From the NCBI GenBank assembly GCA_035513575.1, contig DATKBW010000049.1, positions 39,790-103,789 on the forward strand: a stretch of DNA of 64,000 nucleotides. The letters run 5' to 3'. Position numbers and translations under genes: made by a program. This document shows, in pieces, positions 45,456 through 55,586 of the stretch (its first letter is position 1; every line of letters starts with the position of its first letter). The notes beneath the pieces are model-generated. The model saw only the letters and a program-made list of their open reading frames with translations, was not told where the DNA came from and did not search any database. The DNA is from Longimicrobiales bacterium (GTDB lineage Bacteria > Gemmatimonadota > Gemmatimonadetes > Longimicrobiales > RSA9).

Positions 45456-47132
45456 CTACCCCCGGTCTCGCAGGAGGATACGCACCGCGAGGGCGATGCC
45501 CGCGATGGCCGCGACGAGGAAGAAGACGAGGGCGAGGGCGGGGTAGCCGAGGATCTGGGGGCCGCCCTGCACCTGGACGAGCATGGCCGCACCGACGATC
45601 AGCGCGGCGATGATCAGGCCCAGCGTGATCCGGTTGGCGATCTTCTCCAGCCCGGAGATGAGGCGGACCTCGTCGATGGCCTCGACGTTCAGCGTCAGCC
45701 GGTTGTCCGCGACCAGCTCCAGGATGCGGTTCAGCCTGCGGGGCATCTGCTGAACCAGCTCGTTGGCCTCCATGGCCGCCTTCAGCAGCGCTGATGGCGA
45801 CAGGGACTTCATCATCCGGCGCTCCATCAGCTCCGCGGCGTGCCGCCGGATGGCCGCGTTCGGCTCCAGGTCCGGGTCGAGCGTGCGCCCCACCTCGTCG
45901 AGGTTGAGCAGCGTCTTGCCCAGCATGGCGAGCTCGGAGGGGGGCGCGATCCGGTGCTGCCCGGCGCGGCGCACCAGCTCCAGGACGACGGCCCCCACGG
46001 CGACGTCCGCCGCGCTCTGCCCTTCCGCGCGGAGCACCAGCTCCTGGACCTCTCTCCTGAAGCCGCGCACGTCCACATCCTCGTCCGGCTCGCTCAGCTC
46101 CAGCAGGATGTCCGCCGCGTCGTCCGCATCCCCATCGGCGACGGCGAGCAGGAGCTTCATCAGCTCCTCGCGGAGAGCCGGCCCCAGCGCCGCGGTCATC
46201 CCGAGGTCCAGCAGGGCGATCCTGCCGTCCTCGGTGATGAATACGTTGCCGGGGTGGGGATCGGCGTGGAAGAATCCATCCACGAGGATCTGCTTGAGGT
46301 AGGCCCTGAACAGGTCGTCGGCGAGGCGGGCCCGATCCAGCTCCATGAGCGCGAGGGGGCTCAGCGCCGTAATCTTGCGTCCCTGGACCAGCTCCATCGT
46401 GAGGACCCGACCGGTGCTGTAGCTCTCGATGGGCTTCGGGACACAGATCGACGCCATGTCGGCCAGGTTCGCCGCGAGGGTCTCCAGGTTGCGGGCCTCG
46501 TTCCGGTAGTCCAGCTCCCGGATCAGCGACCGGCGGAACTGCTCCACGACCTCCGCGAGCCGATATCGGTGGGCCGTGTCCGAGTGATCGTCGAGGAAGG
46601 CAGCCAGCTCCCCGAGGGCTTCCAGATCCTCCCGGACCTGCGCCCGGATTCCGGGCCGCTGGATCTTTACGGCCACCGCCCGGCCGTCCCGCAGCGTCGC
46701 CCGGTGCACCTGGCCGAGGGACGCGGCGGCCACCGGCTCCCGCTCGAAGGACTCGAACGCCCTGGAGAGCCGGACCCCCAGCTCGTCGGAAAAGATCCGC
46801 TCCACCTCCTCGAACGGGAACGGGTCCACGCGGTCCTGCAGCCGCGCCAGCGCGCGGATGTAGGCGGGCGGGAGGAGGTCCACGCGGGTCGAGAGGAGCT
46901 GTCCGAGCTTCACGAACGTCGGACCCATGGCTTCCAGCTCGTCCGCCAGCGACACCGCCCGCTCGTCCTCGCCCGCCTCCTCCGCGGATCCGGGCTCCGT
47001 GGCCGGAAGGTCATCCGGAAGCGTGGTGTCGAGCCCGGCCCGGCGCACGAGGTCGCCGCGGCCATGCCGTACGAGCAGGGCCGCGATCCGGCCGTACCGC
47101 TTCAGGTGTTTCGGGTGAACGGACAGGGCCAT
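45456..47132 (-). CDS. ABC1/UbiB-family atypical kinase
   Basis: FESFEREPVAAASLGQVHRA, AVKIQRPG, DGFFHADPHPGN, LLDLGM, plus two C-terminal TM helices. Start at the internal ATG (MALSVHPKHLKRY). Confidence 0.88.
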   Translation of the reverse strand: MALSVHPKHLKRYGRIAALLVRHGRGDLVRRAGLDTTLPDDLPATEPGSAEEAGEDERAVSLADELEAMGPTFVKLGQLLSTRVDLLPPAYIRALARLQDRVDPFPFEEVERIFSDELGVRLSRAFESFEREPVAAASLGQVHRATLRDGRAVAVKIQRPGIRAQVREDLEALGELAAFLDDHSDTAHRYRLAEVVEQFRRSLIRELDYRNEARNLETLAANLADMASICVPKPIESYSTGRVLTMELVQGRKITALSPLALMELDRARLADDLFRAYLKQILVDGFFHADPHPGNVFITEDGRIALLDLGMTAALGPALREELMKLLLAVADGDADDAADILLELSEPDEDVDVRGFRREVQELVLRAEGQSAADVAVGAVVLELVRRAGQHRIAPPSELAMLGKTLLNLDEVGRTLDPDLEPNAAIRRHAAELMERRMMKSLSPSALLKAAMEANELVQQMPRRLNRILELVADNRLTLNVEAIDEVRLISGLEKIANRITLGLIIAALIVGAAMLVQVQGGPQILGYPALALVFFLVAAIAGIALAVRILLRDRG

Positions 47133-47245
47133 CGAGGGCTCCCTTGGTGCGGGGTATCGGCTGTGGTGTATGCAAGAACGGGACACAGTTTCGCCCCTCC
47201 GAGAGGCGGCCTATGTTCCGCACCTCGGGCACTCCAGGAGGATGA

Positions 47246-48076
47246 ATGGGCGGGTTGAGGCTGGGCAGCATCATGGGGATCGACGTGCGCGTCCACTCCT
47301 CCTGGATCGTCATCGCCGCGCTCGTGATGTGGAGCCTCAGCAGCGCGGCGCTCCCGGCAGATTTCGCGGACGTCTCCCCGGCCGGCCGGCTGGGCATGGC
47401 CGCGGTCATCACGCTCCTCTTCTTCGTGTCCCTCCTCGCCCACGAGCTCGCGCATTCCGTGGTGGCGGTCGTGCGCGGGATCCCCGTGCGGAGCATCACC
47501 TTCTTCCTGTTCGGCGGGATGGCCGAGACCACGAAGGACAGCCGGAGCCCCGGGGAGGAGTTCCTGATCGCCATCGCGGGCCCGCTCTGCAGCTTCCTCC
47601 TGGCCGCCCTCTTCTTCTGGCTCTGGCTCACCGCGACGCGGGCGGGGTGGCCGCGCCCTGTCGCCGGCACCGCGGCGTACACGGCGGTGCTGAACGCCAT
47701 CCTGGGCGTGTTCAACCTGCTCCCCGGGTTTCCCATGGACGGCGGGCGGGTCCTCCGCGCGGCGATCTGGAAGGCGACCGGGAACGTCACCCAGGCGACG
47801 CGGTGGGCCGCCCGCGTCGGCGAATGGATGGCGTATGGACTCATGCTGTGGGGTGGATGGGACGCCCTCACCGGGAACTTCATGGGCGGCCTGTGGCTGG
47901 TCCTGATCGCGCTCTTCATCCGGAACGCCGCGCGCATGGGCTACCGCCAGCACCTCCTGGGCAGGCTCCAGGAAACGGCCCGGGAGTGGGCCGTAGCGCC
48001 GCAGCCCGGGCCACCTTCGGGCCCGCCGGAGCTGACGGGCCGGGACGTGACGGACCTGCGGCCCGGCAAGCCCTGA
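47246..48076 (+). CDS. Site-2 protease family (M50) membrane metalloprotease
   Basis: HELAHS zinc motif in a TM helix and GFPMDGGRV second motif. CAGGAGGA SD upstream. Confidence 0.88.
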   Translation: MGGLRLGSIMGIDVRVHSSWIVIAALVMWSLSSAALPADFADVSPAGRLGMAAVITLLFFVSLLAHELAHSVVAVVRGIPVRSITFFLFGGMAETTKDSRSPGEEFLIAIAGPLCSFLLAALFFWLWLTATRAGWPRPVAGTAAYTAVLNAILGVFNLLPGFPMDGGRVLRAAIWKATGNVTQATRWAARVGEWMAYGLMLWGGWDALTGNFMGGLWLVLIALFIRNAARMGYRQHLLGRLQETAREWAVAPQPGPPSGPPELTGRDVTDLRPGKP

Positions 48077-48885
48077 TGTTCGAGATCCCGGAGGACCGGC
48101 TGCCGCCGGGGTTCGCCGAGACGGTGGGCACGCCCCCCGCCAACCCCGCGAGGCCGCGGCCGGCGGCCACCATCGTCCTGCTGCGCGAAGGCGGCGCCGG
48201 CCCGGAGGTGCTCATGATGCGACGCCACGGGTCCAGCGGCTTCGTCCCCGGGGCCTGGGTGTTCCCCGGGGGCCGCGTCGACACCGGGGACAGCGGACCG
48301 GCCCTGCACGAGCGCATCACCGGCCTGGGCAGCCGACCGGTGCCGGAATCGGCCTACTGGAGCGCGGCGCTGCGGGAGCTGTTCGAGGAGACGGGCGTGC
48401 TCCTGGCGCGGGACCGGAGGGGAGAATGGGCGCCGGACGCGGTCTCCGACCGCCGCGTGGCGCGCCTCCGTCGCGCGCTCATGGAGGGGGGCGCCCTGAT
48501 GGACGTCCTGGAGGAGCTGGACGTGATCCTCGCGGCGGAGGACATCGTGCACATCGCCCACTGGGTCACTCCCGTGGTCGAGCCGCGGCGCTACGACACA
48601 CATTTCTTCGTCGGCCGCCTGCCCGACGGGCGGGTGGTGAAGCCGGATCCGCGGGAGATGACCGAAGCGCTCTGGCTCCCCCCCGCCGCCGCGCTGGCGC
48701 GGTTCGAGCAGGGCGAGCTCCCCATGGTGTTCCCCACCCTGAAGACGCTGGAGCTGTTGAGGGGCCACGATTCCGTCGAGCATGTCCTGACGTCGCTCCG
48801 GCACCGCGAGGTCCCCAGCATCCTGCCCCGGCTGGTCCGGACGGAGGCGGGCGTCGCGATCGTCGTGGATGAACAGACCGGATAG
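48076..48885 (+). CDS. NUDIX hydrolase
   Basis: Start ATG overlaps the M50 stop (TGATG). FPGGRVD...ALRELFEETGV Nudix box. Confidence 0.8.
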   Translation: MFEIPEDRLPPGFAETVGTPPANPARPRPAATIVLLREGGAGPEVLMMRRHGSSGFVPGAWVFPGGRVDTGDSGPALHERITGLGSRPVPESAYWSAALRELFEETGVLLARDRRGEWAPDAVSDRRVARLRRALMEGGALMDVLEELDVILAAEDIVHIAHWVTPVVEPRRYDTHFFVGRLPDGRVVKPDPREMTEALWLPPAAALARFEQGELPMVFPTLKTLELLRGHDSVEHVLTSLRHREVPSILPRLVRTEAGVAIVVDEQTG

Positions 48886-48898
48886 CAGAGAGAGGGAC

Positions 48899-50356
48899 AT
48901 GTCGCGACCCGATACGCTCGGCGCGCTGAGGGACTCCGGCTGGCGCGGCCGGACGGTGAAGGACGAGCTGCGGGCCAACCTGCTCCGGAAGCTGGAATCC
49001 CGCGAGCCACTGTTCCCCGGCGTCCTCGGCTACGAAGACACGGTGGTCCCGCAGATCGTCAACGCGATCCTCGCCCGGCAGAACTTCATCCTGCTGGGAC
49101 TCCGCGGCCAGGCGAAGAGCCGGATCGTCCGTCAGCTCGCGACCCTGCTCGACGAGGAGATCCCCATCCTCGCCGGAAGCGAGGTGAACGACGATCCGTT
49201 CCGGCCGATCTCGAAATACGGCCGGGAGCTGCTGCGCGAGCACGGCGAGCGGACGCCCATCGAATGGGTCGGCCGGGACGCCCGCTACATCGAGAAGCTC
49301 GCGACGCCCGATGTGACGATCGCGGACATCATCGGCGACCTGGACCCGATCCGGGCCGCGCGGGGCGGACACGTGCTCGCCGATGAGCTCACCATCCACT
49401 TCGGTCTTCTCCCCCGGGCGAACCGCGGGATCTTCGCCGTGAACGAGCTGCCCGACCTGGCCGGCCGCATCCAGGTGGGGCTGTTCAACATCATGCAGGA
49501 GGGGGATGTCCAGATCAAAGGCTACCCCGTGCGGCTGCCCCTCGACGTCCTGCTGGTCTTCACGGCGAACCCGGAAGACTACACGGCACGGGGCAAGATC
49601 ATCACGCCGCTGAAGGACCGGATCGGGGCCCAGGTGATGACCCACTACCCGGAGGATGTGGAGGCCGGGATGGCCATCACGCTCCAGGAGGCGTGGGTAG
49701 CGCGGGATGGCCGCACGGTGGAGGTCCCGGATCTCGTCACCGAGATCGTGGAGCGCCTCGCCTTCCTGGCACGGGCATACAAGCGGGTGGACCAGCGCAG
49801 CGGCGTGAGCCAGCGGATGCCCATCAGCGTCCTGGAGAACGCGCTCTCCAGCGCCGAGCGGCGCGCGGTGCTCCTCGGAGAGGACGTCGCGATCCCCCGG
49901 CTCTCCGACATCTACGCGGCCCTGCCCGCGATCACGGGGAAGATGGAGCTGGAGTACGAGGGGGAGCTCCAGGGGGCCGAGAAGATCGCCCGGGATCTCA
50001 TCGCGCAGGCCGCGCTGGAGACCTTCGAGAGCCGGCGCCGTCTCCCCCTGGACGACTCCCTGGAGGAGATCGTCAACTACTTCGATCGCGGCGGCGTCCT
50101 CCAGCTCGCCGAAATGGTCCGCGCCGACGTGCTGCTCGAGGGGTTCGCGAGCGTACCCGAGCTGATGGACGTGGTGGAAGGCCTCGACGTGGAGACGCCC
50201 TCGCCCGGGGCCCGGGCCGCGGCCTGCGAGCTCGTGCTCGAGGCGCTGGTGGCCGAAAAGCGCCTGACCCGCAGCGATGCCGGCCGCTACACCCGGGGAA
50301 GGCGGCGGCAGCCCCCCGCGAGCGGACCGCAGTTCCCCGGGTCCCTGGACGTCTGA
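48899..50356 (+). CDS. ChlI/MoxR-like AAA+ ATPase (magnesium-chelatase-subunit-I-like)
   Basis: Walker A-like GLRGQAKS, Walker B-like IFAVNELPDL, DVLLVFTANPEDY sensor region. Family recognised by pattern only. Confidence 0.6.
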   Translation: MSRPDTLGALRDSGWRGRTVKDELRANLLRKLESREPLFPGVLGYEDTVVPQIVNAILARQNFILLGLRGQAKSRIVRQLATLLDEEIPILAGSEVNDDPFRPISKYGRELLREHGERTPIEWVGRDARYIEKLATPDVTIADIIGDLDPIRAARGGHVLADELTIHFGLLPRANRGIFAVNELPDLAGRIQVGLFNIMQEGDVQIKGYPVRLPLDVLLVFTANPEDYTARGKIITPLKDRIGAQVMTHYPEDVEAGMAITLQEAWVARDGRTVEVPDLVTEIVERLAFLARAYKRVDQRSGVSQRMPISVLENALSSAERRAVLLGEDVAIPRLSDIYAALPAITGKMELEYEGELQGAEKIARDLIAQAALETFESRRRLPLDDSLEEIVNYFDRGGVLQLAEMVRADVLLEGFASVPELMDVVEGLDVETPSPGARAAACELVLEALVAEKRLTRSDAGRYTRGRRRQPPASGPQFPGSLDV

Positions 50357-50384
50357 GGCCGGGGGGCCGGGGGCGCACCCACCG

Positions 50385-51341
50385 TCAACTCTCCCGCGCG
50401 CGAGCCTTCAGCGCGCGGAACCCCGCCGGCTGGGTGAGCTGGCCGTCCACGATGGCGGCGAGCTCTTCGGCCTCGCTCCACTCCGACTCCAGGAGCTCGG
50501 CCTCCGCCAGCTCGTCCAGGGCGATCTGGAGGGCGAGACGGTCCGGCGGACCAGCCTCGCCGAGGGCCGTGTCCTCCCGCGCCAGGCGCCGGAGGAACCC
50601 GTCGGGGCCATCGGCGCGACCGACGGCCGCCGCGGCGGGGCGGACGACGTCGGCCGTGCGCAGGCGCCGATTCACCAGGAAGAGGCCGAGCCGCAGGGCA
50701 GGCCGGGCATCGTGCAGCGCGACCATCGATGCGGCGCCGCAGCCGGCGCATGTCGCGGCCAGCGCGGGGTCGCCGCGGTCGAGGACCACTCTGACGCCCT
50801 GGAACGCCCAGGGCGCCAGCGCGAGGGCGCGGCCGCACGACGGACACGCCGGGGCGAGCGGCACGTGGCCGAAGAGCGCCGTGAGCGCCGGGGCATCCTC
50901 GATGAACGGTGAAGCGAACCAGCGGGTGGACTCGAAGGGGTAGCTCAGCGTCCCGATCTCGCTGGTGTCGTAGCCGTGGGGTGCGCTCGGGAGCCCGCCG
51001 AGCAACCGCCGGAGCCACGCGCCGAATCCGCGCGCCGCCGCGGGTGGAAGCGCGTCGCCGTACCGCCAGTCCGCCAGCTCGGGACGGGGCGCACGGCCGA
51101 CGCGGATGATCTCTCCGCCGGCCACGCGGACGAGGTCCAGGTGCTCGGTCCGGAGGAGGGAGCGGCCGCGGTCGCGGACTTCCCGCTCCAGCGCTTCCAG
51201 CGCTTCCCACCGCTCCTCCAGCGGGACGACGTTCCACCGTCCGCACAGCGGGCAGACGCGCCAGAGCCGCCCGAGCCACGGGTCGAAGGCCGGCCGGGCC
51301 GCGGCGCTCTCGAGCGGGTGGTCGCAGTGGACGCAGCGCAT
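50385..51341 (-). CDS. Hypothetical protein with two zinc-ribbon-like Cys pairs
   Basis: 318 aa. CVHC...CPLC at the N-terminus and CPSC...CAGC mid-protein. Acidic C-terminal helix. No family recognised. Confidence 0.5.
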   Translation of the reverse strand: MRCVHCDHPLESAAARPAFDPWLGRLWRVCPLCGRWNVVPLEERWEALEALEREVRDRGRSLLRTEHLDLVRVAGGEIIRVGRAPRPELADWRYGDALPPAAARGFGAWLRRLLGGLPSAPHGYDTSEIGTLSYPFESTRWFASPFIEDAPALTALFGHVPLAPACPSCGRALALAPWAFQGVRVVLDRGDPALAATCAGCGAASMVALHDARPALRLGLFLVNRRLRTADVVRPAAAAVGRADGPDGFLRRLAREDTALGEAGPPDRLALQIALDELAEAELLESEWSEAEELAAIVDGQLTQPAGFRALKARARES

Positions 51342-51422
51342 CCGGCAAGATAGCCCCCCGGAGAAGCTGGCGCTGACCGGGAATCAGCCGCCCACCCGGG
51401 GCCGGCCGGGGGCCCGGCCTGC

Positions 51423-51458
51423 CATGAAAGAGCCCGCCGCGGACCTGCCGCGGCGGGC
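51423..51458 (-). terminator. Rho-independent terminator downstream of hsp20
   Basis: 11-bp stem GCCCGCCGCGG / CCGCGGCGGGC with 5-nt loop. On the minus strand it is followed by CTCTTTCAT. Confidence 0.55.
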
Positions 51459-51480
51459 CTTCACGTTCCTCGGGCGGTTG

Positions 51481-51963
51481 TCAGCCCTCGCTGACGTCCC
51501 GGCCGGGGTTCAGCTGCTCGCCGCCCCGGACCTCGATCTTGCGCCCCTTGGCCTCCTCGGCCTTCGGGACGCGGATCGTGAGGATGCCGTGCTCGAGGTC
51601 CGCCGTGATCCGGTCCGCGGCCACCGCCCGCGGCAGCGTGAACCGGCGGTTGAACGTGCCCCAGCGCCGCTCGTACAGCAGCCCCTCGGCGTTCTCCTCC
51701 TTCTTCGCGAACTTCTTCTCACCCTGGATCGTCAGGACCCCATCCTCGAGCTCCACCTCCACGTCGTCCCGGTTCATCCCCGGCAGCTCCGCGCGGAACA
51801 CCAGCTCGTCCGGCGTCTCCTCGACGTCCACGGCCGGCGCCCACAGGTCATGCGCTCCCGTCGACCACCCCGTGCCCCCGAACAGGCCCTCGACCTCCCG
51901 CTGCAGGTCCCGCATGTCCGTCCAGGGGAACCGGGCCCGGCGCACCATCGGAACACTCACCAT
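51481..51963 (-). CDS. Hsp20/alpha-crystallin small heat-shock protein
   Basis: 160 aa from the ATG preceded by AAGGAGGAAGCC. Alpha-crystallin domain (PAVDVEETPDELVFRAELPG...LTIQGEKK...GTFNRRFTLP...GILTIRVPK). Confidence 0.92.
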   Translation of the reverse strand: MVSVPMVRRARFPWTDMRDLQREVEGLFGGTGWSTGAHDLWAPAVDVEETPDELVFRAELPGMNRDDVEVELEDGVLTIQGEKKFAKKEENAEGLLYERRWGTFNRRFTLPRAVAADRITADLEHGILTIRVPKAEEAKGRKIEVRGGEQLNPGRDVSEG

Positions 51964-52161
51964 GGCTTCCTCCTTACGTTGCTGCGTTTCCACTGTCGTC
52001 CCGCGAACGCTCCCTGGCGCCCGCTTCGGCGATGGGAAAGAGCAGCAGCCGTGCCGGCGCATCGCGCCACTTTGACAGCTCGGGAGCGGTCCGGGGGTGC
52101 AAGTATGGCAATTCCCTGCCGACCCTGCGCCGGGATTCGCGCGGGCGCCGCGCCGACGGGG

Positions 52162-54279
52162 TCAGGTGGCGGGTTTCCGCCTCGGCTCCAGCTTCACGGA
52201 CCAGATCCCGCTGTTGAAGTCGGACAGGAACAGGTGTCCCTTGTGCGTGAAGCCGCCCCACACCATGGGGGCGTTCGCGACATAGCCCTGGGGGTCGAAT
52301 GGCTTGAACACCGCGATCTCGCGACCCTGCGCCTTCAGATCGCCCAGCAGCTCGCCGCTCACGTCCACCATGCGCATCCCGCCCTCGTAGTACGCCTGGT
52401 AGAGGATATCGTCCTCGACCCACATGTTGTGCGTTCCGAACTCGTCCGCCTCGTAGCGGGCCACATACCGGGGGTTGTCCGGGTCGGTGAAGTCGACGAT
52501 GTGGACGTAGCCGTACGTCGCCGCGGGGGCGGTGCCGGGGCCGGGGATGCGCACCCCCGTGCCCGCCCACGCCATGTCGGGACGGGACATGATCTCGTCC
52601 CCGAGGATCAGATAGGTCTTTCCCGTCGCCGACTGGTGGTACGGCAGGGCCGCGTGCGTCGCGCCGGTCGGCACGGGGAAGCTGGTGACGAACTTCGGCC
52701 TCTCGATCGTTCCGCCCCACCGCCCGTTGCCCACATCCACCACGACGACGCCGTTCCCCCACTCGCTCGAGTACGCGATGCCGTCATCGACCCAGACGTC
52801 GTGGATCCGGCTGTCCGGGTGGTTGTACTCGCTCACGTACCGTGGCGCGCGGATGTCGCGGACGTCCAGGATCACGTACTTGTCCCCGCCCGACAGCGCG
52901 AAGAGGTGGTCGTTCGTGGCGAAGACGTTGTGGACGCCACCGGTCAGGCCGTCGTCGTAGTTGCTGGCGATCACGGGATCCCGGGGGTTCGAGAGATCCA
53001 CGATGACCACTCCGTTGCGCCGGTCGCTGGCCCCCTCGCGGCTGAGGGCCGCGTAGCGGCCGTCCGGTGAGACCTTCACGTCGTTGACCGTGCGGGCGTC
53101 CACCTGGATGGAGTCGACCTTCGTCGGGGCCGCCGGGTCCGTGATGTCCCAGAAATAGGCCCAGCCGTCCCCGCCCCAGGTTCCGGTGACGGCGTAATCA
53201 CGGCCGTCCAGCCCCTGGAACGGCCAGATGTCGGAAGTGTGAACGTGGTCCACCGAGCCGTGCCCGACCAGCTGGACGGGCCGGATGACGTCGCGCTTCT
53301 CCAGCGCGACCGTCCGGCGGCTCAGGAGCGGGCCCGCGGATGCCAGCACCGTGTAAACCCCGGGCTCCTCCCCCACGAACCGCCCGTCCTGCACTTCCGC
53401 CACGGCTCCCGGTGCCTCGATGCCGGCCGCGGGCGTGTACGTGTAGCTCCAGGTCACCGGCACATCGTCGAGCGCCGCCCCGCGGGCGTTCCGGGCGGTC
53501 GCGTGGAACGTGAGCACATCGCCCGTCACCGCCCGCACCACATCCTCGTCGTCACCGCCCACCCGCACGCCGCCGCGGGTGCGGAGCGCCACGTCCAGCC
53601 GGGTCGCGGGGAACGCCTGCACGCGGTGCTCGGTCGTGCCACGCACGCCCCCGAACGCCGCGGTGATCGTAACCCGCCCGGCCCGCTTCGCCACGACGGT
53701 CCCGAACTCATCCACCGTTGCCACGGACGCATCCGAGCTCGACCAGTCGAAGCGGGCGTCCGGGCGCGCCGACCCGTCCGCGTGCCGCGCCGTGGCCGTG
53801 TGACGCAGGGATGTCCCCTCGTAGAGCGTGCCGGGCTGCGCGGAGACGGCGATCTGCCTCACCGCCGGCCATGAGGCGAGGACCGGCAGCGACCCCGCGA
53901 CCCGCTCGCCGGTGTAGTCCGCGGGCATCATGACGATGGCGACGACCTCGTGCTCGCCCCCCGCGGTCGCCTCGAGGGTCTCGCCAGCGATCCGGAGGTC
54001 GCCCCGGGCGAAGAACCGGACCAGGGCGTCCACTTCGCCGCCCGCGGCGTCCAACAGCCTGATCCGCGGGAACGCCACCTCCTCACCGGCCACCACGTCG
54101 ACCCGCTCCGGGACGAATTGCACCGTCACCACGCGCGGGCCGTTCGCCAGCTTCCGCTCCTCGTCCGTGGCCTGCCCCGCCGCGGGCCCGGCCAACAGCA
54201 TGGCCAGGAGCATGGCCGGCAGCATGGCCGGCAGCATGGCCGGTGGGGCCGGGAAAAATCGCGTCGTCGGCTTCATCAT
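52162..54279 (-). CDS. Secreted Big_2 Ig-like + LVIVD-repeat beta-propeller protein
   Basis: Signal peptide from the MMKPTTRFF... start. Big_2-like SSSDASVATVDEFGTVVAKRAGRVTITA. LVIVD-type repeats GVVIVDLSNPRDP, YVILDVRDIRAP, GVVVVDVGNG, MRMVDVSGE. Confidence 0.75.
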   Translation of the reverse strand: MMKPTTRFFPAPPAMLPAMLPAMLLAMLLAGPAAGQATDEERKLANGPRVVTVQFVPERVDVVAGEEVAFPRIRLLDAAGGEVDALVRFFARGDLRIAGETLEATAGGEHEVVAIVMMPADYTGERVAGSLPVLASWPAVRQIAVSAQPGTLYEGTSLRHTATARHADGSARPDARFDWSSSDASVATVDEFGTVVAKRAGRVTITAAFGGVRGTTEHRVQAFPATRLDVALRTRGGVRVGGDDEDVVRAVTGDVLTFHATARNARGAALDDVPVTWSYTYTPAAGIEAPGAVAEVQDGRFVGEEPGVYTVLASAGPLLSRRTVALEKRDVIRPVQLVGHGSVDHVHTSDIWPFQGLDGRDYAVTGTWGGDGWAYFWDITDPAAPTKVDSIQVDARTVNDVKVSPDGRYAALSREGASDRRNGVVIVDLSNPRDPVIASNYDDGLTGGVHNVFATNDHLFALSGGDKYVILDVRDIRAPRYVSEYNHPDSRIHDVWVDDGIAYSSEWGNGVVVVDVGNGRWGGTIERPKFVTSFPVPTGATHAALPYHQSATGKTYLILGDEIMSRPDMAWAGTGVRIPGPGTAPAATYGYVHIVDFTDPDNPRYVARYEADEFGTHNMWVEDDILYQAYYEGGMRMVDVSGELLGDLKAQGREIAVFKPFDPQGYVANAPMVWGGFTHKGHLFLSDFNSGIWSVKLEPRRKPAT
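54199..54246. repeat. Four tandem 12-nt units (CATGGCC(A/G)G(G/C/T)(A/G)G) inside the signal-peptide coding region
   Basis: catggccaggag catggccggcag catggccggcag catggccggtgg; encodes PPAMLPAMLPAMLLAMLL on the minus strand. Confidence 0.8.
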
Positions 54280-54422
54280 GGTTCTCCTCCTGTCGGGTAG
54301 GGGATCCAAGGTGGCGCGGCCACCGGCCGGGAGCAAGCGGCCGGCCCGGCGGGCGGGTCTGTTGTTGCGGTCTGCCTCCGGCTTGTACTTTTCCAGCCCA
54401 CGCACCCCCGACCAGACCGACC

Positions 54423-55586
54423 ATGATGACGACGCGCGGCCCGCTTTCCCTGACCGCCCTCTTCCCCCTCCTCCTCGGCGCCTGCGCGGGGGCCGGGGAG
54501 CTCATGTCCGGCCCCCGGGCCGCAGAGGCACCGGCGGCGCGGGGAAGCGCGGAGGCGAGCTACTGGATCTACGTGGGAGCCGAATCGGCCGACCTCATGC
54601 ATCGGATCCGCTTCGGGCCGGATGGGGCATCGGTCGAGAAGACCATCCCCATCGGCCGCTACCCGACCGAGGTCGAGGGACCCCACGGGATCGCCATCTC
54701 GCCGGACGGGCGCCACCTCTATCTGACCACGGGCCACGGCGTGCCCAGCGGGATGATCTGGAAGTACGAGCTCGGCCCCGACACGCTCGTCGGCCGCGAG
54801 ATCCCCCTCGGCAACTTCCCCGCGACGCTGGACGTCACGCCCGACGGCCTGTTCGCGTTCGTCGTCAATTTCAACCTCCACGGGGACCACGTCCCCTCCG
54901 ACATCTCGGTGGTCTACACGCCCGACATGGTCGAGGTCGCCCGGACCCCCACCTGCACCATGCCACACGGCAGCCGGATCAACCCCGCCGGGACCCGGCA
55001 CTACTCGGCCTGCATGATGGATGACCGCCTCGTCGAGCTCGATACCAGGGCGTTTGGGGTCGCGCGCCAGTTCGGCGTCGCGGTCGGCGCCGAGGGGCCT
55101 GTCGCAACACCCGCTGACGAGCATGCCGGCCACGGCATGACCCCCTCCTGCTCCCCCACGTGGGCCGAGCCCTCCGCCGATGGCACGAAGGTCTACGTCG
55201 CCTGCAACAAGGCCGACCACATCCTCGAGATCGACGTCCAGCGGTGGGAGGTCACGCGAACGCTCCCCGCGGGCCGGTCTCCCTACAACCTCGAGGCCAC
55301 CGCGGACGGCCGCCTGCTCATCGCCACGCTCAAGGCCGGCGCGGCCGTCCAGTTCTTCGACCTCGATGCCGGCCGCGCCCTCGCCACGACCCCGTCCACC
55401 ACCACCGTCACCCACGGCGTCGTCGCCTCCCCCGATTCCCGCTACGCCTTCGTCTCCGTCGAGGGCGTCGGCGCCGAGCCAGGAAAGGTCGACATCTACG
55501 ACCTTCGCTCCTTCCGCCTCGTCGCCTCCGTAGATGTCGGGCAGCAGGCGGGCGGGATCGGCTTCTGGAAGATGGAGGCGCGCTGA
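54423..55586 (+). CDS. YncE/YVTN-like beta-propeller lipoprotein
   Basis: Lipoprotein signal MMTTRGPLSLTALFPLLLGAC. Repeated xSPDGxxLYV-type blades (ISPDGRHLYLT, VTPDGLFAFVV, ADGTKVYVA, ASPDSRYAFVS). Confidence 0.7.
   Translation: MMTTRGPLSLTALFPLLLGACAGAGELMSGPRAAEAPAARGSAEASYWIYVGAESADLMHRIRFGPDGASVEKTIPIGRYPTEVEGPHGIAISPDGRHLYLTTGHGVPSGMIWKYELGPDTLVGREIPLGNFPATLDVTPDGLFAFVVNFNLHGDHVPSDISVVYTPDMVEVARTPTCTMPHGSRINPAGTRHYSACMMDDRLVELDTRAFGVARQFGVAVGAEGPVATPADEHAGHGMTPSCSPTWAEPSADGTKVYVACNKADHILEIDVQRWEVTRTLPAGRSPYNLEATADGRLLIATLKAGAAVQFFDLDAGRALATTPSTTTVTHGVVASPDSRYAFVSVEGVGAEPGKVDIYDLRSFRLVASVDVGQQAGGIGFWKMEAR

Noticed and set aside
48899-51341. ChlI-like AAA+ ATPase plus the double zinc-ribbon protein as a two-gene system
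   Set aside because: The genes are convergent (tail to tail), so they are not an operon. There is no VWA or nuclease partner and no compositional anomaly.
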